NCBI GenBank assembly: GCA_963678315.1
Contig: OY782781.1
Location: 832,001-896,000 of the forward strand
Direction: 5' to 3'
Source: Candidatus Cloacimonadales bacterium
Lineage (GTDB): Bacteria > Cloacimonadota > Cloacimonadia > Cloacimonadales > JAFGVF01
DNA length: 64,000 nt
Position 1 is the stretch's first letter; each line of letters opens with the position of its first letter. This document shows positions 39,355-49,621 of the stretch, one piece after another. Below the pieces are notes generated by a model. The model was not told the DNA's origin. It was given only the letters and a program-made list of their open reading frames with translations, and made no database searches. Position numbers and translations under genes: made by a program.

Positions 39355-40425
39355 TTATAAATATTTTATTGCTGAAAGGAATCTATTGTTTGGGTTCTTT
39401 TGTAACAATTTCTTGCTTAATCTATTTATTAATAAAGAATATATTGAAGTGAATAATAGTGCCATCGCAAAATAAATAAACCTTCCCTCTAAAGATAATT
39501 TGAATACTGAAAAATCTTGTTTGAATACATACTTTATTATAGCTGATGTAAAAGAAAATGATAATATGTGAAGAGCAAAGATTCTTAAAGAGTTCTTTCC
39601 AAGAAATTGTAAGATTCTACAATCAAAGATATTAAAAACTAAAAAAACTACTCCAATAATTGAGAAAATAGCACTTGGAACTGATATAAATGGATTGCCA
39701 TAGCTATGACTGTTAAAGGAGATTCCTCCATTGAGCCTGTTGGTTAAATACCCTATAAGTAAAAAGGCAAGGCCTAAAATGAAGTAAATAAAACTATAGC
39801 CCTTCAATGTGAATAATCTTGTGATGTAGTTTTTGGAAACATAACCAATATAGGAATAAAAAACAGCTACAAAGGCAATATTGATTCCCCAAGGCAACCT
39901 GAAATATGAGTATCTACTGTCAATAATTCCCAATACTAAACAAGCTATGACGATAAGGAATCTTAGTAACTTATGCTTGATATTCTTTACTATAAGATGA
40001 AATAGAATTCCAACTGAAAATAGTGCTGGTAGAAACCACAAAGCAATGTTAAAAACTAAATAATTGTTGATTCCATTACCATAAAATAAACCTATCAGAG
40101 GCTTGAGAGGGTCAACTTGCAGAGACTTGTTAATACCAAAATTCCTTCCAATAAATAACCATACTACATAAGTGATTAAACCATAAACAAAATATGGGAA
40201 TATTAACTTGTTGAATCTGTGACTTAGATATGATAATGAACTCTGCTTATCTCTTTCTTTATTATAGAGAAAACCAGATAAATAGAAGAACAAGGCTACA
40301 TGAAATGAGTAAAGATAGCTGACAAAATGAGTCATAGGAGGCGAACAATGACCCAAGACTATAAGAATAATGCCTACACCTTTAGTTGAGTTTAACCATC
40401 CTATTTGCTCTTTGTGATTTGTCAT
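39355..40425 (-). CDS. Acyltransferase family 3 membrane protein
   Basis: KG.GI.L.VLGH, YSFH..LFF..SG, LWFL; many TM segments. Confidence 0.85.
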   Translation of the reverse strand: MTNHKEQIGWLNSTKGVGIILIVLGHCSPPMTHFVSYLYSFHVALFFYLSGFLYNKERDKQSSLSYLSHRFNKLIFPYFVYGLITYVVWLFIGRNFGINKSLQVDPLKPLIGLFYGNGINNYLVFNIALWFLPALFSVGILFHLIVKNIKHKLLRFLIVIACLVLGIIDSRYSYFRLPWGINIAFVAVFYSYIGYVSKNYITRLFTLKGYSFIYFILGLAFLLIGYLTNRLNGGISFNSHSYGNPFISVPSAIFSIIGVVFLVFNIFDCRILQFLGKNSLRIFALHILSFSFTSAIIKYVFKQDFSVFKLSLEGRFIYFAMALLFTSIYSLLINRLSKKLLQKNPNNRFLSAIKYL

Positions 40426-40433
40426 TAAATAAG

Positions 40434-41777
40434 CTATCTCGAGTTTGTTTTCTTTTTAGGTTTAATTTTATGATTCTTCATCTTCTTGAACAAGTTTGTT
40501 CTATCAATACCTATTTTGCTAGCGGAATCTGCAACATTCCAATTGTTCCTATTCAACAGATTAATTAAATAATCCTTCTCCAGTTCTTTCATAGCATTCT
40601 TGAATGGCATTTCAAAAAGATGGTCATTTAAGATTAAGTTGAAGTCAAATTGATCCTCAGTGATAATCTCATTATTAGCGTTTATGAGTAGATAAATAAT
40701 CTTTGTTTGAAGCTCTCTAATGTTACCTAGCCATTCATAATTCTCCAGCATCTTCAAGAAACTCTCTGAAAAGCTAAAACTAGTATGGTTGATATCATTA
40801 ACCACTTTTACTAAGAAGTTAATCAAAGGAATAATGTCCTCTTTTCTTTCTCTTAAAGGTGGTATCTTGATGGAATTAGTGAATAAATCATAGAGTGCCT
40901 TAGAGAAGTTCTTCATGTCTGATAAGTCTTTGGAAGTAGTTGCTATTATCTTAACATCAGCCCTTATTTCCTTGTTCCCGCCTATCTTCTTGAATGATTT
41001 AGTGTTGATATAATCAACAAGCTTATCCTGTAGATTAATTGGGACAAGATCAATATTGTCGATTATTAGTGATGTATTGTGGGCTAATTCAAGATTTCCA
41101 TAATACTCATTGCTTTGGCCAGAAGAAGTTACCTTCTTTAAACCAAGGAATTCATGTTCGAAATAGTCTTTGTTTATAGTCGCACAATTGATGTATATGC
41201 TGTCATTCTCACTTCTATCAGACAGCTTGTGTATTGTCTTAGCAATGACCTTCTTGCCTATCCCAGCTTCTCCAACAATAAGGGTAGGTTCATCATTCTT
41301 AGCCGCTTCTTTGATTAAATCAAATGTATGAGCCATCTTCTGGGAATTACCAATAAGGTCTAAGGACTTGTTCTTAGAACTGCTTAAAGAAGATTTAAGG
41401 TTTGCCACTTCAAGAGCGTTATTGATTGTAATGATTAATCTTTCTTCTTTAATTGGCTTTTCTACGAAGTCATAAGCTCCACATTTAATAGCTTCAACTA
41501 CTTTACCAACAATATCAATATACTCACTGGTGACCATTATTACAGGAATATGAGGAAACTTAGACTTGATTTCTTTGAGCGCAGTTATACCATCTTCATA
41601 TCTAGGAAAATGTAAATCTAGGATAACTACATCTATTCGCTTTAAATTAATAAAACTCATTGTTGTTCCTAAATCCTGTGCATGAACTACATCAAAATCA
41701 TGCTCTTCTAAAACAAATCTTGTTAATTCACTGAAGATTTTATCATCATCAGCAATTAAAACATTTACTCTTTCCAT
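40434..41777 (-). CDS. NtrC-like response regulator (REC-AAA-HTH) with degenerate sigma54-activation motifs
   Basis: REC (DDD, LD, KP), GEAGIGK, INC, IPPLRERKEDI, W.GNIREL, Fis-type HTH; GAFTGA absent. Confidence 0.85.
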   Translation of the reverse strand: MERVNVLIADDDKIFSELTRFVLEEHDFDVVHAQDLGTTMSFINLKRIDVVILDLHFPRYEDGITALKEIKSKFPHIPVIMVTSEYIDIVGKVVEAIKCGAYDFVEKPIKEERLIITINNALEVANLKSSLSSSKNKSLDLIGNSQKMAHTFDLIKEAAKNDEPTLIVGEAGIGKKVIAKTIHKLSDRSENDSIYINCATINKDYFEHEFLGLKKVTSSGQSNEYYGNLELAHNTSLIIDNIDLVPINLQDKLVDYINTKSFKKIGGNKEIRADVKIIATTSKDLSDMKNFSKALYDLFTNSIKIPPLRERKEDIIPLINFLVKVVNDINHTSFSFSESFLKMLENYEWLGNIRELQTKIIYLLINANNEIITEDQFDFNLILNDHLFEMPFKNAMKELEKDYLINLLNRNNWNVADSASKIGIDRTNLFKKMKNHKIKPKKKTNSR

Positions 41778-42001
41778 ATAGTACCTCTAGTCATATTCTA
41801 AACGTCAGCATAATATATTAACTTATTTATTTACATAAAGATAAACTAACTACAATCTTTTTTATTGCCAATAAAAGTATACTTTTTTTCATTGGGCTTG
41901 TAAGGATGCTAGACAAAATTCTTATTATATTTATTCATTATGATACAATAGAGTAAATTAAATAATGATGTCAACATCTTTTATTGTTCTAAAGGAGAAT
42001 T

Positions 42002-42619
42002 ATGAATAAAATTATTGAATACATAGATTCGTTTATAAAATACCCCAACTCTATATTAGAGAGACTTGAAGAAGAGCATAATACAAGAATAAATATTCAA
42101 CCAAATATGACTAAGCAAGGGGCACAGTTATTATATCAATTAATCATCATGAATAAGGCTAAAAGGGTACTAGAAATTGGTACATGTGTAGGCTATTCTG
42201 CAATCTGGATTGGAGAAGCATTAAAGACTACTGGGGGGCATCTTACAACCATTGAAAAAGATATACGCTTTGTGAGGGAGAATGTTGTGAATATTAAGGA
42301 GGCAGGACTGGAAGATTACATTGATGTAGTTCATGCAGATGCTATTGAACACATTCAAGAGCTTGATGATAGCTTTGATGTGATTATAATTGATTCCAAT
42401 AAGCCTTTGTATAATATAGTGATAGATAAGTGTATTGAACTTCTAAAGCCTAATGGACTAATCTTTGCTGATGATACACTCTTTCTTCCTATGGGTTTCA
42501 AAGAAAGGCTTGCCAAGCCTATGGATGATTACAATAAATATGTATGCTCTCATCCTCAATTAGTAACTACTATTCTTCCAGTTGGAGATGGTATCACCAT
42601 AAGTTTGAAAGTTAAATAA
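42002..42619 (+). CDS. O-methyltransferase (CCoAOMT/YrrM-like)
   Basis: VLEIGT..GYSA, FD.IIID..K, LKP.G.I.AD, PVGDG. Confidence 0.88.
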   Translation: MNKIIEYIDSFIKYPNSILERLEEEHNTRINIQPNMTKQGAQLLYQLIIMNKAKRVLEIGTCVGYSAIWIGEALKTTGGHLTTIEKDIRFVRENVVNIKEAGLEDYIDVVHADAIEHIQELDDSFDVIIIDSNKPLYNIVIDKCIELLKPNGLIFADDTLFLPMGFKERLAKPMDDYNKYVCSHPQLVTTILPVGDGITISLKVK

Positions 42620-42770
42620 ATTGTACACTAAATATTCGATGATATTTATAGCTGGTAAATGTGGTTTATAGTGCTAGTTGTGATTCTATAAAACTTCTTT
42701 CTCTTAAATTAATAAAAAATTGCTTTACAGTAATTTCTTTTGTTGCATTATTATCATGAGGAAATATGGT

Positions 42771-45104
42771 ATGAGTAATATTTTAGCCGTAGAAGATGTA
42801 CGAAGTCTTATTAACAAAGCACAAAGCATTATAAACTTTGCTCCAGAGTTAAGTTTGAAATATATCTTACTTGCTGAAAAGCAGGCTGATAAGAATGCTC
42901 AAAAAGAGTATTTCGGAATATTTAACAAGATTATTGGAGAATGCTTTTTATTACTAGAAGACTATGAATCTGCTGGACCTTACATCTTTAAAGCTGAGAA
43001 TTTCTTCAACATAAATGATAATCCTATCGAGACGATAGAATCAAAAATACTATTAGCTAATTGGTACAATAAGACTGGAGACAAGAACAAGGCTATTGAA
43101 ATCTTCAATCAGATGATTATCTCTTCAACTGCTATTGGTTTCAATGAGGGAGTTATTCGTTCTCTTTATCACATGTCTATCTTGTATATTGGAGAAGGCA
43201 ACTTCTATGATGCTAAGGAAATCTTAGGGGCTATTAACAGTGATGATTTAGATGGCCTGACAAAGGACTTTATCATTAACTTCAAATTGAGAAAAGTACA
43301 TTCTTTGATTAAATGTAATGAAGTTAGCAATTTGGAGAGTTTACTTGCAGAATGTTTGGATGAATCCCTTAGGCTTAAAGACTCCAATCTAATCAAGAAG
43401 AGCTATGAGAATTATTACGCTTACTATAAGCTCATAGATGATACTGATAAAGCCTTTTACTATTTAGAGAAGACATACAATATTGCAGAAGAGATTATTA
43501 ATGATGTCCCTCATGCCAAGATTGCCAAACTTCTGACCCAGTATGAAGTTGATAAAAAAGAACAAATCATTTACGATGCTAACAAGAAGAATAAGGAACT
43601 GGAAGAAGCTAACAGTATTATTCGTAAGCAGAAACTCCTTCTAGAGACTATTCTAGATACTATTCCTAACCCAATTTACTATAAAGATGTCAAAGGTAAA
43701 TACCTAGGTTTTAACCGAAGTTGGAATGAAACATTCAATAAAGGTCAAGCTTCAAAACTTTCTAAGACTGTCCATGAAATCTCTACTGATTTCGATGCTC
43801 TTAAGTTTGAAGAACACGACCAAGACTTGCTCTATAATAAGCATTTGATGAAACTTGAAACCAAGATGGTCTTGTCTGATAATAAAGAGCATGATTTAAT
43901 ATTCTATAAAGATGTTTTTCGTGATGAAAAGGGAGCTGTCGCAGGCATCATAGGCGTTATAAATGATGTAACAGAATTAAAGCAGATAAGCCAAGAAATT
44001 AAGAGGGCAAACAATTTCCTTTCTGCAATTGTAAATCTTGCTCCTGTTGGAATCTGTATTCTTACCAAGACTGGTAAAATCAATTATGCAAATAATTATC
44101 TACGAGATTTAATGTATTATGATGGAAACCTTAATGATATTTCTATTTATAACTTTGTTGTAGATACTGAGATTGCAGAATTTAAAAGTAAATTACTTGA
44201 TGTCAATCCTAATAAAGAAGTTATAGAAACAGAAGTTCGTATGACAAGCACAGAAGGCACAATTGTCTATGTTAATGTTCTGATATCCCTTCTCTCATTA
44301 GGTAGTCAAGATGATGATTTCTACTTATGTGTTATTAATAATATTACTGATAGAAAGATTTATGATGAATCTTTACGTAGGTCTGAAAATGAACTTAAAG
44401 AAGCAAATTCTACCAAAGATAGATTGTTCGCAATTATTGCTCATGACTTGCGTGGACCAATAGGTAACTTCCGTGAAATATTTAGACTTTTAGCTACCAA
44501 TAGAAAGATCTTCTCTGTAGAAGAACAGACATCTCTAATGGAAGAACTACACAAGTCGGCTGATTATACTTTTGATTTACTAGAGAACCTTCTACAGTGG
44601 TCAAGAAACCAAAGAGATGAACTTAAGCTAGTTGCTAATTTCCACTCGATTTATGATGTATTCCAACTTGTTTGTCGAGAATTAAAAGGAGTCTATGATA
44701 CTAAAAAAATTAGTATAGTTAATCAGATTAAAGTCCCTCATATTGGCTTCTTTGACAAGAATATGATAAGTGTTGTTCTCAGGAATCTCATGTCAAATGC
44801 AGTGAAGTTTTCTTATCCTAACTCTCAAGTTTTAGTTTCTTCAATTAAGCATGAAGACTATATAGAAGTTATTATCGCAGATCAAGGCATTGGTATTGAA
44901 AAGGATGATATTGAAAAAATCTTTAGTTCAATAGATAATAAATCTTCGCTTGGAACAGCCAGAGAAAGGGGTACCGGTCTAGGTTTAGTTCTGTGCAAGA
45001 GTTTTGTGGAAAAGAACAGCGGTAACATCTGGGTTGAGAGTGAAGTCGGTAAAGGTTCAACATTCCATTTCACTATACCTATTGAAAATAACGCTAATCA
45101 TTAA
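42771..45104 (+). CDS. Sensor histidine kinase with TPR-like N-terminus and 2 PAS domains
   Basis: IIAHDLRGP, LLENLL.W, NAVKF, D.G.GI, GTGLGL; start placed at the ATG after gaggaa. Confidence 0.88.
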   Translation: MSNILAVEDVRSLINKAQSIINFAPELSLKYILLAEKQADKNAQKEYFGIFNKIIGECFLLLEDYESAGPYIFKAENFFNINDNPIETIESKILLANWYNKTGDKNKAIEIFNQMIISSTAIGFNEGVIRSLYHMSILYIGEGNFYDAKEILGAINSDDLDGLTKDFIINFKLRKVHSLIKCNEVSNLESLLAECLDESLRLKDSNLIKKSYENYYAYYKLIDDTDKAFYYLEKTYNIAEEIINDVPHAKIAKLLTQYEVDKKEQIIYDANKKNKELEEANSIIRKQKLLLETILDTIPNPIYYKDVKGKYLGFNRSWNETFNKGQASKLSKTVHEISTDFDALKFEEHDQDLLYNKHLMKLETKMVLSDNKEHDLIFYKDVFRDEKGAVAGIIGVINDVTELKQISQEIKRANNFLSAIVNLAPVGICILTKTGKINYANNYLRDLMYYDGNLNDISIYNFVVDTEIAEFKSKLLDVNPNKEVIETEVRMTSTEGTIVYVNVLISLLSLGSQDDDFYLCVINNITDRKIYDESLRRSENELKEANSTKDRLFAIIAHDLRGPIGNFREIFRLLATNRKIFSVEEQTSLMEELHKSADYTFDLLENLLQWSRNQRDELKLVANFHSIYDVFQLVCRELKGVYDTKKISIVNQIKVPHIGFFDKNMISVVLRNLMSNAVKFSYPNSQVLVSSIKHEDYIEVIIADQGIGIEKDDIEKIFSSIDNKSSLGTARERGTGLGLVLCKSFVEKNSGNIWVESEVGKGSTFHFTIPIENNANH

Positions 45105-45190
45105 TACAAAATACTAGACTAAATTTACTTCCATATTTTATAAGCAAAGATAGTAAATAACGCTTATAAAGTAATGTAATTGAGGTATAA

Positions 45191-46165
45191 ATGAGAATCT
45201 TAATAATCAGATTTAGCTCTTTAGGAGATATAATTCTGACAGAAGCTGTAATTAGAAACTTAAGGAATGCTTTTCCCAATGCTACAATTGATTATGTAAC
45301 TAAACCAATTTTTAAAGACTTAGTTAAAGATTTTCTGGGAGTTGATAGAGTCTTTACTGAATACAAAAATCTTAAATCCCTCAAACGCATTAGCTCCAAT
45401 AATTATGATATTGTTATTGATCTTCATGCAAAACTGAATTCATTTATTACCAAGCATCTTGTCTCAAGTAAGCAAACAATTACCTACAATAAAAAAAGAG
45501 GACTGCGTAAGAAGATAGTGAGTCACTCCACAAATGAAGCAATTGATACGACTGTAGATTTATATTTTTCAGTATTTGATAAACTCAATATTCAAAGCTC
45601 TGATAAATACCCTCGTTTCCAAGCAAGTAAAAGTTCAAACTTACTAGCTAACAAGAATAAACATAATATTGTAATATTCCCTGGTGCTACTCATGAAACA
45701 AAGCGAATGCCTCAAGAGAAGATTATTGAACTAATCTCTTATCTAAAGCAAGATAGTATAAATTTTTATCTTCTTGGAACTAAGAGTGAAGAGGAAATTA
45801 TAACTAACATTTGCCAAGCACACCCTGATTCTTGTATAAATTTAGCTGGTAAATTTTCTATTGTAGAATTAATTAATGCTGTTTCTGAAGCTGACTTAGT
45901 TATAACAAATGATTCTGGACCAATGCACATCGCTAGTGCTCTGTCTTTACCACAGATTGCCTTTTTCGGGGCTACAAATACTCGTTTAGGTTTTAGACCC
46001 TTGAATGATAAAGCGCAAGTGATTAGCTTAGACTTGGAATGCTCCCCATGTTCCTTGCATGGAACCGAAAAATGCCCTCTGGGTCACTTTGATTGTATGA
46101 AAAAAATTGATATGAAAATGGTCGCTGATAAAATCCAAAATACACTAAACATTAAGAAATTTTAA
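45191..46165 (+). CDS. Glycosyltransferase family 9 (LPS heptosyltransferase-like)
   Basis: IRFSSLGD, IDLH, PGA….KR, NDSGPMHIA, FG.T, C.PC. Confidence 0.9.
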   Translation: MRILIIRFSSLGDIILTEAVIRNLRNAFPNATIDYVTKPIFKDLVKDFLGVDRVFTEYKNLKSLKRISSNNYDIVIDLHAKLNSFITKHLVSSKQTITYNKKRGLRKKIVSHSTNEAIDTTVDLYFSVFDKLNIQSSDKYPRFQASKSSNLLANKNKHNIVIFPGATHETKRMPQEKIIELISYLKQDSINFYLLGTKSEEEIITNICQAHPDSCINLAGKFSIVELINAVSEADLVITNDSGPMHIASALSLPQIAFFGATNTRLGFRPLNDKAQVISLDLECSPCSLHGTEKCPLGHFDCMKKIDMKMVADKIQNTLNIKKF

Positions 46166-46180
46166 TGAAATATACCTTGT

Positions 46181-47075
46181 CCCTTACTTGCCACCTTGAA
46201 AAAAAGCCGATTTTTCAAGGAGACCCTTAATGCAGAAGTTAGGAGTGAGGAGTGAGCGGATATTTTAGTCCCGAAGGGACGTCATATATTAGCATGGGGT
46301 CTTGCACCCCATGTACAATGACATAAATGAATTGAGTCCCGAAGGGACGACATAATGAATAATTGAACACAGATTAAACAGATTAAAATGATAAGAATGT
46401 TTAAGAGTTGTCAAGAGAAGTTAGGTGTTACTGGGATCGCCAGCCTCTGCGCTGGCTTCACTTAGAACGTAGTGATAAGTGAATTTGTAGAGACGTTTTG
46501 AGAACGTCTCTTTTGCATTGTCCTGTAAGGACATATCTCCTCAGAGCCCATGATTTCAATCGTGGGGAATGTGATAAATGAAAAGTGAAAAACTTTAGTC
46601 CGGCTCAGACGGATAAATAACAGAACACAGATAAGGCAGATTAAACAGATTAAAATGATAAGAATGTTTAAGAGTTGTCAAGAGAAGTAGGTGTTACTGG
46701 GATCGCCAGCCTCTGCGCTGGCTTCACTTAGAACGTAGTGATAAGTGAATTTGTAGAGACGTTTTGAGAACGTCTCTTTTGCATTGTCCTGTAAGGACAT
46801 ATCTCCTCAGAGCCCATGATTTCAATCGTGGGGAATGTGATAAATGAGAAGTGAAAAACTTTAGTCCGGCTCAGACGGATAAATAACAGAACACAGATAA
46901 GGCAGATTAAACAGATTAAAATGATAAGAATGTTTAAGAGTTTAGAGGTTTAAGTGTTGAAAGGTTTAATTGTTTAGGGTCTGGATTTGTGTAGCTTAGT
47001 GTTTTTCCGTGTCTTTGTGTTTAATAGGTTTTTTGTATTCTTTTATTCGTGTTTATTAGTGCTATTAGTGGCTGA
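46181..47075. repeat. Composite repeat island including an approximately 267-bp tandem duplication (46370-46942)
   Basis: Family-B palindrome at 46181; gtcccgaagggac twice; catgggg/ccccatg; unit starts at 46370, 46637 and 46903. Confidence 0.85.
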
Positions 47076-47206
47076 TTTCTTATTTGTTATTTAGTCCCCA
47101 ATAGACGTATGTGCATATTTGAGATAAGAGATTGATTTTGAAAAGAGGTTAACACAGTTAATCTTTGATAAATATATTGACAGATTATCGAGTTAAAAAG
47201 AAATTG

Positions 47207-47305
47207 AAAAAAATGAGGAGCGTCAACCGGCCAAGTCAACGCTTCCTCCATTACATGCCAACCCATTATTAAGGAGAACTGTTTTCACTAGTTCGTATAA
47301 CAACT
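47207..47305 (-). ncRNA. Candidate small RNA
   Basis: TTGACA (47336-47331) and TATAAA on the - strand; ends in a hairpin with G-U pairs favouring the - strand, then U7. Confidence 0.35.
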
Positions 47306-47906
47306 TCATTTATATGCATAGAATTTTAGCTGTCAACTATATTCTATGTTTTTTTTCTTTTAGTGGAAATACATTGCCTTCTCGGAAGACTATAAGTTAT
47401 TGATATGTATTATAATAGATAGCCTCATAGTGGGTTGGATATTTTCTATAAAAAGACCACTGTAAACAATCAAAGAAGTGTCTACTATGTAAACAAATAT
47501 ATAAATTATGCAATTAGAGTATTGGATTATGCATTTCAGAAAGATAAATTCTTTATGGGACTGGCTCTTATTTATTAAAAAGTTGATAAAAATAAACACT
47601 TGCAATTTTGGGAATAAGTCTTAGATTATTGATAAATAGTATAATTGTCTTATTGAAAGCTCTACAGAATTATCGGTTCTCTATGGAAAATTAGCCTTCC
47701 ATTGTGGTATATAAACCCATCTAATACAGTAGAGCTTCTAGAATAGTACTATATTATTTGGCAAGAATAAGTTCCATAATTTCAGCTAGAATATATATTA
47801 TTCAAACTTCAATTCTGTAACTTATTTTGCTAAAATAATCTGCACTCTTCACGAGAAGCCTACTGCATTAAATGGGATAAATATTAATATTTTAAGGGAT
47901 GTAAGT

Positions 47907-48653
47907 ATGTTGCCAGTTGTTAATGTATCTAAAAAGTCTATTAAAGGTAAGAATCATTCTGTTATAGAAGATAGCTATCTAGTTAGGTGTGAAATTAACT
48001 CTTCAAATTGTAGATTATTTATAGTATGTGATGGAGTAGGTGGTTACCCAGGAGGAGATATAGCCTCAAAGATGGTGATAGAAACATTTAAGGAATCTAG
48101 TCTTGCTATAGGTAAAAGTTACGAATTAGAAACAACGATTGAATCACTTTTGCAACAAGTTAATCAAGATCTTATCGCCTATGGGAAAAAGAATCCTGAA
48201 TATAGAAAGTTATCAACTACGATTGCAGGTTTAGTTATGGACGAAAAATCAATTGTAGCTTTTAATGTTGGCGATAGTAGGATATACTTGAGGGACTTGA
48301 ATGGTTTTAAACAGTTAACTCGTGATGATAGTATTGCTTGGGAGCGGTATGAAGAAGGAATAATTCATAAGAACCAGATTAATAAACAAAAGGACAAGAA
48401 TATTATTACAGCAGCCTTGGGACTGAAAGAGAGTTTTGAGGTACATTTTAGAAAGGTAGAATTTGGCAAGTATTTCCAAATACTTCTTTGTAGTGATGGT
48501 TTAACTGATTTTGTAGATGACTGTCAGATTGAGAAAATCCTTTCAGATGAAAAAAAACTAGAAATAAGAGCAGAAGAACTTGTCAAAGAAGCTCTCAATA
48601 GTGGTTCTGATGACGATATAACTATTCTGTTAATAGAGGGACGAAAACAATAA
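47907..48653 (+). CDS. PP2C-family Ser/Thr protein phosphatase
   Basis: ED, CDGVGG..GG..AS, TT, NVGDSR.Y, LT.D, LCSDGL, DDIT. Confidence 0.9.
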   Translation: MLPVVNVSKKSIKGKNHSVIEDSYLVRCEINSSNCRLFIVCDGVGGYPGGDIASKMVIETFKESSLAIGKSYELETTIESLLQQVNQDLIAYGKKNPEYRKLSTTIAGLVMDEKSIVAFNVGDSRIYLRDLNGFKQLTRDDSIAWERYEEGIIHKNQINKQKDKNIITAALGLKESFEVHFRKVEFGKYFQILLCSDGLTDFVDDCQIEKILSDEKKLEIRAEELVKEALNSGSDDDITILLIEGRKQ

Positions 48654-48769
48654 TATTCGCTGATGGTTATGACATTTCTTAATCACTATTATATTGATAG
48701 TCTGTGAAGAACATATTTTTATTGACAATTTATGCTCAAGCATAGATAAATTATTTTTGAGGTGTTAAA

Positions 48770-49603
48770 ATGAATTTTAGATTCGTAAAGAAAATCATAA
48801 TATTGATTAGTTTGATGATATGTGTTAACTTGACAGCTGAGAACTTAAGACATTTGGCAATTCCTTATGCAAACTTCAACAATGGTGTTGGTGGAGGACT
48901 GTCTATAGATATTATCAAAGGCTTTTGTCAAGAATATGGCTACGATTATCAATATGTAGAAACCAACTGGGGAGATGTCTTTAAACAGTTGCTTGGAACT
49001 GATAAAAATGGTCAAGGGCAATACCCAATTGAGGGTGATTTGATAGCCTCTGGATTGACAGTATTGGATTGGCGAACAAAAATTGTGGACTTCTCTGAAC
49101 CTATATTCCCTACTCAAGTATGGCTTCTTGTGGAGGTTGATAGTCCAATTAAACCTATTGAGCCTACTGGCGATTTAGAAAAGGATATTCTTCTTACTAA
49201 GCAAAAACTTAATGGTGTGAAATTGCTCTGCAAACCTAATACATGTCTTGACCCAAGCTTATATTCTCTTTACGACTATTCTCCTGACTTACTGAAATTT
49301 GATGGTAAATTGAACGAATTTGCTCCTGCTTTACTTAAAGGTATGTCTGATGCAATATTGCTTGATGTGCCTGATGTTCTTATTACTATGAAGAAATGGC
49401 CTAGGAAGTTTAAAATTATTGGTCCTATTTCGGAAATTCAAGATATGGCAGTGGCTTTTAGAAAATCAGATAAGAAAATGAAAGATGAGTTCAATCAATA
49501 TTTAGCTAAAATTCAGAGTAATGGACAATATTTAAAACTAATTAAGGAATATTATCCTACAGCGGGAACTTATTTCCCAGAGTTTTTTAAGAACTTCAAA
49601 TAA
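48770..49603 (+). CDS. Family-3 extracellular solute-binding protein
   Basis: Signal peptide, G.SIDI, W..V…L, D.IASG.T….R…VDFS.P; directly upstream of a kinase. Confidence 0.8.
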   Translation: MNFRFVKKIIILISLMICVNLTAENLRHLAIPYANFNNGVGGGLSIDIIKGFCQEYGYDYQYVETNWGDVFKQLLGTDKNGQGQYPIEGDLIASGLTVLDWRTKIVDFSEPIFPTQVWLLVEVDSPIKPIEPTGDLEKDILLTKQKLNGVKLLCKPNTCLDPSLYSLYDYSPDLLKFDGKLNEFAPALLKGMSDAILLDVPDVLITMKKWPRKFKIIGPISEIQDMAVAFRKSDKKMKDEFNQYLAKIQSNGQYLKLIKEYYPTAGTYFPEFFKNFK

Positions 49604-49621
49604 AATATACGTTGGAATTTA

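Noticed and set aside
47657..47737. tRNA gene
   Set aside because: No T-loop TTC or D-loop GG, and the arm geometry is wrong
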